A stretch of 41,989 nt of DNA from the IMG/VR virus record IMGVR_UViG_3300037790_000007, positions 1 to 41,989 of that record; one strand, 5' to 3'. Source of the DNA: a virus. Taxonomy: Duplodnaviria > Caudoviricetes. The notes below the pieces were generated by a model. The model was not told the DNA's origin and did no database searches. It saw only the letters and a program-made list of their open reading frames with translations. Position 1 is the stretch's first letter. The number at the start of each line of letters is the position of its first letter. The translations under genes were made by a program, and so were the position numbers. Below, in pieces: positions 34,432 through 41,989 of the stretch.

Positions 34432-37400
34432 ACTTACCCGATCAGGAGGGCGAACGCCTCGACACGTCCGACGTCAACCCGGTCGGGTATGGTAAAGTTT
34501 TAGCACGCGTTAAGGGCATGGCTCGGATCCCGGCGCGTCTTATCCACCAATTACCGATCGTCGAGACGGTGCACGAAGAAGAAGTCGAGGCGGGCGGTAA
34601 GGGTGGCGGAACGTCGTCATACACGAAGACCACTTATACCTATTCAGCAACGTTCGCCGTTATGATATGCCCGCAGAAGATCCAAGGCGTGCGCCGGATC
34701 TGGCTAAACTCAAAACTGTTTTATGAAAACCGCCCGTTTATGTCCGGGACAGTAGCGCAAGCGCGCGAGACGGCCGAGTCATTTTTTAACGTTTACCACG
34801 GCACCGAAGACCAGATGCCCGACCCGATTTTACAAGCGCGTTACGGCGACGCGACGCCAGCGTACCGGGGGCGGGCTTACATCGTTTTCCAAGACATAGA
34901 GCTGGAAGAATTCGGGAACCGTGTCCCCTCGGTGGAAGTTGAGGTCGTGGAGAACGGCACCGGCTCGACGTACGATACCGTTTACCCGTACCCGCTTTAT
35001 TTGCGCGACTTAGTCGGCGAAATTTGCGTACGTTCCGGGATCCCGCCGACGCTTTTCGATGTTTCGGAATTGTCCGACACGATCACCGGGTATTCGTTCA
35101 CGTCGTCGGGCTCGGGCATGGAGCAGCTTGAACCGCTTATGGCTTTATATAATTTTTTCCCGCAGGAGAAAGGCGAAAAGCTAGTGTTTAAAAGCGACCC
35201 TGTCCCGGTGGAGCGCGACGAGTACAACGAACCATGTTTGATTAACGAAGACGGGTTACTGGTTAACGCGTATCACGACGTTTTAGGCCGTCAGGGCTAC
35301 TTCCCGAGCGAGGCGGGCACGTCAGAGGGTCAGTTCTTAATGCTACGCGCCGCAGCGCTGGCGGTTAAGTACGTCGGCGACTCGACGAGCGAGTGGCGCG
35401 GCATAATGGATAACTTACGCCGGGGCGTTGATGGTATTTACAACCAGACGCCGCCGACCGATACAGATACCTTGTATTCGCCGCACTGGCTTTATAACTG
35501 CAAGGCACCCGTCGCGGCGCAAAGTGAAAAGCTAAACGTTAAAATCTATCTTGAACCGTTCGCCGGTGGTTGGACGGCCTTTATACCAGCGGGCTACCCG
35601 AACTTCGGCGAGAGTGTCAAACAGATCACGCGCATCTATTCGGATCAATCGTCTTGGGTTACGTTTTTTAACCCGTTCGCCAGTATTAACGGCGAGGACT
35701 ACGGCGTCCCGGTAAGTGTGGAAACCGACGAGACGGGAACCACTCTTGTACTCCAAGGCGACAGCAGCGGCGGCGCGCTAACCGCTAACGCTATGGTGAT
35801 CTATAACTTCGGCCCGGTGCTTAACGTTTCGCAAAACATGGAGGCTTGGCCGTATTGGCGGCCGCTGGAACCGGGTGAAATAGATTGCGCCGTGGACGTT
35901 ATGCCGTGGGCGCTGGAATGCTTTGAACTACTCGCCGACGTTACGGGCGAACAGCAGTACACCGACGCGTATAACGCCACCGAGGCGAGCATATACACCG
36001 TTTTTAACGTTGACGACGGCCGGGCGTGGTTTAAGCCCCGAGGCGGCGAGCCCTTGAATACGTCGGGCGCTTATGTGTCGTCGAGCCGTCCCGGTTTCGG
36101 CGATAACTCGCTATCCCGTTCTAACGATCTCGGCGTTTTGGCCGTGATACCAGAGGGAGAGGGCGAGGCACAAGTCGGCCGGGGTTTACGCGACTCGATC
36201 AAAGCAACCGACACCGGGATCCGGGTTCGCCTCAAATATGACATTGACGCGACCGCTTCGATCACTATCTTTGTTCAATCAGGGCCAACGGTCGACAACT
36301 CCACCCGCTACTTTTTGCGCCGTACTTTACAACCCGGAGCCGGGGAGATCGACGAGGTGATCCCGCTTGAAGATTGGATCGCGTACACAATACGCGGTGA
36401 TTTTGGTTGGCGTCCCGTGATTAACGCAACGCCGTTACAGGAGGGCGTAGTGATCGACGTTGTGGGCTACACCTACCAAAGCGAGCCCGCCGCAGAGATC
36501 GAACTTTTGAATTTCCGCCCGGTGCCGGAACTACAACTGCCCTACTCGCCACACATTGCGCCGTACACCGCGAACAGTATCGACGGCCAGCTAATCGAAT
36601 GGCGAGGCGCGCCGGGGATCGGTTATCAAGACCCGGTTGTATGGTCGCGCCTTAACAATAGCGCCGGGCTTGAGGGTATGCTCGACTTTATGGAAGATTC
36701 ACAAAACGAGTATTTCAGCCGCTACGGACAGCGCGGGCCGTTCATGCCGTCTTACGTGTGGGATCGCTTCGACTTGCAAGCGACCGACGCCGCCCCGAAT
36801 ACGTGGACGTTTGACTGGGTCGATCCGAACTCGCAGTGGGTCGGCTATACCGCGCGGGCGGTCGCAGCGTTGGCAGAGTCGGCGCACTTATCCAGTAACA
36901 GCCGCGCCGCGTTGCTCGCGTCTTACTTTCTGGCATGGCTTGAAAGCGAATGGCAAGACCCGGATCAATACATCCCGACGAACTTCCCGGAAACACTCGC
37001 ATTTATTCAGCGTTCCCGCCCTTACTCGCCGGGTGACGTCGCCACGCCTTACAACGGCCGCGTTTATCGTTGCGTCAATTTGTCCGAGGGTGGATCGACC
37101 GCAGCGAGCGCGCCGAACTTCCCGACGTCGATCGGGTCGAGTGTCTTAGACGGTGAAATCCAATGGCTTTGCATTGGCTATACGTACGGCACGATCCCGG
37201 CTTACGGAGACTACGACGAACCGCACGCGGCGGCGCTCTTTATGCGCGCGGCGGCGTACTTGCATTTGCACGGCACCGAACAGGCGCGCATGGTCACTTT
37301 AATTGATCGCTTGTGGGACTACCTCGAAAGACTATGGGGCGACGCGTACGGAGAAGTCGCGGGGACGTGGTCACATAACCCGGCGAACGCGGAGTGGTTC

Positions 37401-38939
37401 GGTTTTTGGTCGGGTGAGATCGTAACGGTACTGGCTAAGTTTTTAGGGCCGCTCGACTCGGTGCGCGCTGCAGTAGGTATTCCAAGGCAAACAATCGAAG
37501 ACCGGCTAAAAACACATGCTGAATGGATAGCGGCGCGGTCTCGTACGGTTAGCGTTGAAAGCCTCGAAAATGTGATCACTTCGCGTGGTTTTAATGAGAC
37601 CCGCACCCGAGAGTCGGAATTGCCGCGCCGGGTAGAACTAGACTTCCCGAATTCGTCGCGCAACGGCCAAGACGATACGCGCTACATTGAGAAGCGATCA
37701 GCGCGCAGCGAAGACGAACGTAGTTTTAAAAGCCCGGTTTATATGTCCGGCGACGAAGCGCTGCAGATCTGCTACACGCAAATGTTAAAAGCGCATAGCC
37801 AACGCACCGACTATGAGTTCGCGATAACCGACAAGACGCTGCAGCCGGGCGACGTTCGCGAGTACATGATCGACAACGTGATCCGCCGTATGCAGTTTAG
37901 AGAAATAGACTTAAGCGCCGAGGGCGTGGCAGACGTGAAAGCGCACAGCTACGACCCAACGGCGTTCACGTTCGGCATTGCGGGGAGTGGCGACCCGGCA
38001 GGAACGACGGGTGTTAATGCCGTCGCGGGGACGATCGGGGTTATATTGGACATACCGCTTTACCGTGACGATCTCGACTCGATCGGAGTGTCGTCGTACC
38101 CGGTGCCGCTCGGGTCGAATTGGCGCGGGGCTGGCCTGTTTACGTCTACCGATGATGTTACCTATTCGGCGAGCGCGCGGTACCTAGTGGAGCCGACGCA
38201 CGGCATAGTAAACGCGCCACTACTTGAAAAGAGCTCGGATCAGTTCGACCGCGAAAGCCGCTTAATCGTAACGCTAGAAAACGGCACGCTTTCGAGTATC
38301 AGTGAGGGCGAGTTCTTGGCGGGGAAAAACCTTGCGCTAGTTGGCAACGAGATTATTTATTTTAAAGACGCCGTGATCGTTGGCGCGAGTCAATTCGAGA
38401 TTAGCACGATCGCCCGTGGTCGTTGCGGCACCCGCGATCGGATATACGGCCATGTGAGCGGTGAGCGCTTCATTTTGCTGTCTTCTACCGGGATCGCTGA
38501 TGTTCCGTTGAATGAAAACGAAATAGGCGTAGAAAGCTATTACAAAGCCGTTTCAGTGGGTCAGACCGAAGCCGACGTCGAGCCGCTAACCTTTACGCCT
38601 TACGCGGAGCGCTTAAAGCCATTCGCGCCGGTGCACCTTAAGGCACGAAAAGCGGCAACCGGGATCACCGTCACATGGATCAGACAGACCCGCTTATCGG
38701 CTGAATGGCGCGACGGGGTCGACGCGGTACTCGGCGAGGCGTCCGAGTTGTATCGGGCTTACTTGCGCGACGGGATCGGGGGTGACATACTTCGGACACA
38801 TGAAATAACGTCGCCTAGTGTCTTCTTTAGTTATGAAGAATTAGACGGCTACTTCGGGCCGGGCGACGAAAGATATTTAGAAATAGTTCAAGTCTCGGCG
38901 GTAGTCGGCGACGGTAAACCAGCGGGGATCGTAATATGA
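34410..38939 (+). CDS. central tail / host-specificity protein (GTA g15-like) with large glycoside-hydrolase-like insertion
   Basis: GGKGGG...YTYSATFAV, VRRIW, PAYRGRAYIVF..LEEFGNRVP; C-terminal NLALVGNEII.F, RGRCGT, H..GERF, PFAPVHL, WIRQTR. Confidence 0.88.
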   Translation: MGSLFSVDLPDQEGERLDTSDVNPVGYGKVLARVKGMARIPARLIHQLPIVETVHEEEVEAGGKGGGTSSYTKTTYTYSATFAVMICPQKIQGVRRIWLNSKLFYENRPFMSGTVAQARETAESFFNVYHGTEDQMPDPILQARYGDATPAYRGRAYIVFQDIELEEFGNRVPSVEVEVVENGTGSTYDTVYPYPLYLRDLVGEICVRSGIPPTLFDVSELSDTITGYSFTSSGSGMEQLEPLMALYNFFPQEKGEKLVFKSDPVPVERDEYNEPCLINEDGLLVNAYHDVLGRQGYFPSEAGTSEGQFLMLRAAALAVKYVGDSTSEWRGIMDNLRRGVDGIYNQTPPTDTDTLYSPHWLYNCKAPVAAQSEKLNVKIYLEPFAGGWTAFIPAGYPNFGESVKQITRIYSDQSSWVTFFNPFASINGEDYGVPVSVETDETGTTLVLQGDSSGGALTANAMVIYNFGPVLNVSQNMEAWPYWRPLEPGEIDCAVDVMPWALECFELLADVTGEQQYTDAYNATEASIYTVFNVDDGRAWFKPRGGEPLNTSGAYVSSSRPGFGDNSLSRSNDLGVLAVIPEGEGEAQVGRGLRDSIKATDTGIRVRLKYDIDATASITIFVQSGPTVDNSTRYFLRRTLQPGAGEIDEVIPLEDWIAYTIRGDFGWRPVINATPLQEGVVIDVVGYTYQSEPAAEIELLNFRPVPELQLPYSPHIAPYTANSIDGQLIEWRGAPGIGYQDPVVWSRLNNSAGLEGMLDFMEDSQNEYFSRYGQRGPFMPSYVWDRFDLQATDAAPNTWTFDWVDPNSQWVGYTARAVAALAESAHLSSNSRAALLASYFLAWLESEWQDPDQYIPTNFPETLAFIQRSRPYSPGDVATPYNGRVYRCVNLSEGGSTAASAPNFPTSIGSSVLDGEIQWLCIGYTYGTIPAYGDYDEPHAAALFMRAAAYLHLHGTEQARMVTLIDRLWDYLERLWGDAYGEVAGTWSHNPANAEWFGFWSGEIVTVLAKFLGPLDSVRAAVGIPRQTIEDRLKTHAEWIAARSRTVSVESLENVITSRGFNETRTRESELPRRVELDFPNSSRNGQDDTRYIEKRSARSEDERSFKSPVYMSGDEALQICYTQMLKAHSQRTDYEFAITDKTLQPGDVREYMIDNVIRRMQFREIDLSAEGVADVKAHSYDPTAFTFGIAGSGDPAGTTGVNAVAGTIGVILDIPLYRDDLDSIGVSSYPVPLGSNWRGAGLFTSTDDVTYSASARYLVEPTHGIVNAPLLEKSSDQFDRESRLIVTLENGTLSSISEGEFLAGKNLALVGNEIIYFKDAVIVGASQFEISTIARGRCGTRDRIYGHVSGERFILLSSTGIADVPLNENEIGVESYYKAVSVGQTEADVEPLTFTPYAERLKPFAPVHLKARKAATGITVTWIRQTRLSAEWRDGVDAVLGEASELYRAYLRDGIGGDILRTHEITSPSVFFSYEELDGYFGPGDERYLEIVQVSAVVGDGKPAGIVI

Positions 38940-39748
38940 CAACAGCACGCCTTAAGCTACCCGAGATCACACAATCTCAGGCCAGTAAGCATTTAACCCA
39001 TAACGAAGCGCTCGCCATGCTCGACATATACGCGGGCGCGAGTCTTAACAGCGTGACGACCGCGACGCCGCCGAGCGTCCCGGTTGAGGGCAGCGCGTTT
39101 TTTGTCCCGGAGGGGGCGACGGGCGACTGGGCACCCAACGAGGGAAAGATCGCTTTCCGCTTTAATGCTGAATGGCACTACATCGACTTACCGACCGGGT
39201 GGATCTTCGAAATACTCGACGAGGAACGCGTAGTAGTTGCCCGCGCTTCGGGGATCGCCGACGTGGGCGGCGGTTCGTCCGGGGGCGGCGGTATCACGGG
39301 CAAAACTTACGTAGATATTAGCGGCGGCGACGCGACCGTGACAGACTTAAAACAGGTTTTACAGATCGGCGGCTCTTATACCGGCGGCGTTACGGTCACA
39401 TTGCCAGCCGTCGAGCAGTTTATCGTCGCAGCGAACGACAGTAACCAAGGCGTTACGTTATCCACCGGCGCGGGCGGTACTATCTACATCGAACCGGGCT
39501 ACCAGTTTGTCGTTTTCGGAGACGGCACCGGGATCCGCGCCGGTATGTCGATCGCGCCCCAAGGCTTAAAACTAAACGGCGATCTTATTTTGCCGATTTA
39601 CTCAACCGCGAGCGCGCCCGATCCAACGTCTCGTTATATGGTTGTAATTGGTGTTACTGACGGCGACGCGGGCGGCCCTTGCCTCGCAGTAAGTGACGGC
39701 GGATCGTGGAAACGCGTGGCACTAGGCGCGACAATTTCGGCAACTTAA
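38936..39748 (+). CDS. DUF2793-type tail fibre/adaptor protein
   Basis: [32 protein letters not shown]...VP.GATGDW; ATGA overlap. Confidence 0.82.
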   Translation: MTTARLKLPEITQSQASKHLTHNEALAMLDIYAGASLNSVTTATPPSVPVEGSAFFVPEGATGDWAPNEGKIAFRFNAEWHYIDLPTGWIFEILDEERVVVARASGIADVGGGSSGGGGITGKTYVDISGGDATVTDLKQVLQIGGSYTGGVTVTLPAVEQFIVAANDSNQGVTLSTGAGGTIYIEPGYQFVVFGDGTGIRAGMSIAPQGLKLNGDLILPIYSTASAPDPTSRYMVVIGVTDGDAGGPCLAVSDGGSWKRVALGATISAT

Positions 39749-39762
39749 GAGGATTTAATAAA

Positions 39763-41989
39763 ATGGCGGCAGTATTTAGCACAGACTTTTCAGAGTATGC
39801 AGAGGGGACGCGCCTTAAGGACGTGGAGGGGTGGACTGTTTTCGGTTCATTTCCGGCCAACATAAACGCGGCGAGAATAACAGGCCAAGAACTGGTAATT
39901 GATAGTTCTGATGGTACTGTAATGAGCTATAACACCGGGTCAACTTCCCATTACTCAGAAGTAAGAATGAAGTACCAGTTTGAAGGCTATTTTTTGGATG
40001 GGGGCCCCGCTGTAAGGGTTGACGCTAGGCTGAATTTTATAACTATCAGGCTTTCATCTGCGACCACCACACAAATATATTATAAAAATGGTAGCGGGGG
40101 GCAAATACTTCAATCTTACCCGAACACCCCCGTAGAGATAGGTGATATAGTTAGGCTTGAAGTAGATGGGGAAAATAACACGGTTGAATTATTTGTTAAC
40201 GGTGTTAGCGCGGGCACCCCGGCCGACATTTCTGCAATATCTAGCAACACAAGCACTAACGCGGGTATGTTTAGCGTTAGCAGAAACCCGTTCATAGATG
40301 ACCTAAATTTAGGCACGACGGGCGGCGACCTCATAACGCTTGACAGTGAGCCGTCAAGAAAGGTCTACGCCACTTTCGGCCCGACGTACAACTACACGAT
40401 AAGAGGGTCTTACGAAGGTGTGACGACGCCAACAGCTATTGAGTATCGAGTAGAAGAATTTGTGAGCGGTGCGGTTGTTTCTGACTGGGAAACGTTGGAC
40501 CCGTCACCTGATGGGGGCACTTTTTCCGGCGCTGTTGTTATCCCGCGCGGCCCTTACTATAAAATACTTGTTCGTTATGCTAATAACACAGCTATTCAAG
40601 GGTCGTCATCAAGAATTGGGTTCGGTGTAGTTATAGAGTTTGCGGGCCAGAGTAACACTGATAATATTTGGAATAGTCCGTTTAACGATAGCGCGATCGA
40701 CAATGTGGTTAAGTTTGACGGGACTAACTACCAGCAACCCGCCGACAGAGGTTGTGTTTACGCGGGGCTTAACGCCATATCCCAGTCCTTAAATTGTGTA
40801 GTGGCCGCGTATGAAACCGCAGTGGGCGCAACCGCCATAGAGCAACATTTGCCCGGTGGTGACAACTATGCGAACCGTCAGGCTGCGTTGACAGCAGCAG
40901 GAGGTAAGATTAACGCGTTATGGTGGGGGCAGGGTGAGACAAATGTCGGCACGCCCCAAGAGACCTACGAGACGAGATTAACGGATTTATACGCCGATAT
41001 TTTGTCGCGCACCGGGCAGAGTGAAGACACACTCGCGATGTTTATTGTTCAGTTAGGGAGAAATCCCGGCGGGGATGGTTCTTCGGACGGCTGGCAGGGG
41101 GTAAGAAACGCGCAATGCAATTTTTCCGAGAATAACACTAACGTTCACTTGTCGCACCAAACGATGGATTTGCCTATGACGGACGGGCTGCACCGGACTA
41201 ACGCCGGATATGTTTCAGAAGTTCTTCGATTCGCGGACTCTTTTAAATCGGTGTTTTTGGGTTCTGGCGGGTCGGGACGCGGCCCTATACCTCAAAGTTT
41301 TACTTATGGCGGTAATTTCTTAACGATTGCTTATGATTTAAACGGGAGTACCTCGTTAAGCGTGCCGGAGTCGTTCAAAGACATTGTAGAAGTATCGGCG
41401 GACGGGTTTAACTCTACTTTAAGCGCATTGTCGGCCGAGTACGTCGAGCCAAATTTAATAAAACTCGGCTTTGCGGATCCCATTACCGGCCCGGTTCAGG
41501 TTCGCAGCCACCAAGGCCAAGATTTTGACGTGAACAGCTTTGCTACCGGCGACAGAGAGTATAATTCTCAGCGCGTTATGGTTGAACCCGTGACCATAGC
41601 ACAAGCGGCGCAAGCGGACGTAACCAAGCCGGTGATCAGCTTGATCGGTTCGTCTTCGGTAACAGTGGCCGAGGGCGGTACTTACAACGACGCCGGGGCG
41701 ACGGCTTCGGACGATGTAGACGGAGATCTTACTTCCTCGATCGTCGTGGTGAACCCGGTAGACACTAACACGGTAGGCACTTACACGGTGCGCTATAACG
41801 TTTCGGACAGTGCGGGCAATGCCGCCGACGAAGTAACGAGAACGGTCGAAGTTGTTGAGGGCGCGGACGTAACCAAGCCGGTGATCAGCTTGATCGGTTC
41901 GTCTTCGGTAACAGTGGCCGAGGGCGGTACTTACAACGACGCCGGGGCGACGGCTTCGGACGATGTAGACGGAGATCTTACTTCCTCGA
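39763..41989 (+). CDS. 3'-truncated large protein (missing from the ORF track): beta-sandwich N-terminus, SGNH/SASA-type O-acetylesterase, tandem DUF5011-type Ig-like repeats
   Basis: AGAGGA RBS, ATG 39763, no in-frame stop to the window end. IEFAGQSN (GQSN 40645-40656), [15 protein letters not shown] (40921-40944), DGLH (41182-41193); repeats begin [12 protein letters not shown] at 41614 and 41863. Confidence 0.9.
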   Translation, partial: MAAVFSTDFSEYAEGTRLKDVEGWTVFGSFPANINAARITGQELVIDSSDGTVMSYNTGSTSHYSEVRMKYQFEGYFLDGGPAVRVDARLNFITIRLSSATTTQIYYKNGSGGQILQSYPNTPVEIGDIVRLEVDGENNTVELFVNGVSAGTPADISAISSNTSTNAGMFSVSRNPFIDDLNLGTTGGDLITLDSEPSRKVYATFGPTYNYTIRGSYEGVTTPTAIEYRVEEFVSGAVVSDWETLDPSPDGGTFSGAVVIPRGPYYKILVRYANNTAIQGSSSRIGFGVVIEFAGQSNTDNIWNSPFNDSAIDNVVKFDGTNYQQPADRGCVYAGLNAISQSLNCVVAAYETAVGATAIEQHLPGGDNYANRQAALTAAGGKINALWWGQGETNVGTPQETYETRLTDLYADILSRTGQSEDTLAMFIVQLGRNPGGDGSSDGWQGVRNAQCNFSENNTNVHLSHQTMDLPMTDGLHRTNAGYVSEVLRFADSFKSVFLGSGGSGRGPIPQSFTYGGNFLTIAYDLNGSTSLSVPESFKDIVEVSADGFNSTLSALSAEYVEPNLIKLGFADPITGPVQVRSHQGQDFDVNSFATGDREYNSQRVMVEPVTIAQAAQADVTKPVISLIGSSSVTVAEGGTYNDAGATASDDVDGDLTSSIVVVNPVDTNTVGTYTVRYNVSDSAGNAADEVTRTVEVVEGADVTKPVISLIGSSSVTVAEGGTYNDAGATASDDVDGDLTSS
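41614..41989 (+). repeat. 249-bp coding tandem repeat (one full unit plus 127 bp identical partial unit; diverged unit at 1-195)
   Basis: 41863-41989 is identical to 41614-41740; the unit at the window start differs mostly at third codon positions. Confidence 0.93.

Overview
Near-complete (~42 kb) genome of a tailed dsDNA phage with siphovirus-type genes, probably infecting a Gram-negative proteobacterium (inference). The contig opens and closes inside one gene, a tandem Ig-like (DUF5011-type) repeat array at the end of an unannotated SGNH acetylesterase virion-type protein (39763 to end, continuing at 1-434). Modules, in order: lysis cassette (852-2396); leftward replication operon (MazG-like, PolA, 3'-5' exonuclease, SSB, DUF2800-type nuclease); rightward helicase/VRR-NUC/Dam/TetR/RMF-like operon; a small self-contained transcription unit; leftward primase-helicase operon; a putative origin; packaging and head genes; tail genes with a lambda-type -1 frameshift and a GTA-like baseplate. 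No integrase, CI-type repressor, tRNA or CRISPR array was recognised. Main leads: (1) an intact orphan response-regulator receiver translationally coupled between a putative holin and the endolysin, suggesting phosphorylation-gated lysis; (2) a short motif (D)TA[AS]AF(G) shared by several unrelated replication proteins; (3) an SSB with a long N/Q/G/Y prion-like tail; (4) a GH8-like glycanase inserted in the central tail protein plus a tail-linked O-acetylesterase. All family calls come from motifs read by eye, with no database searches.
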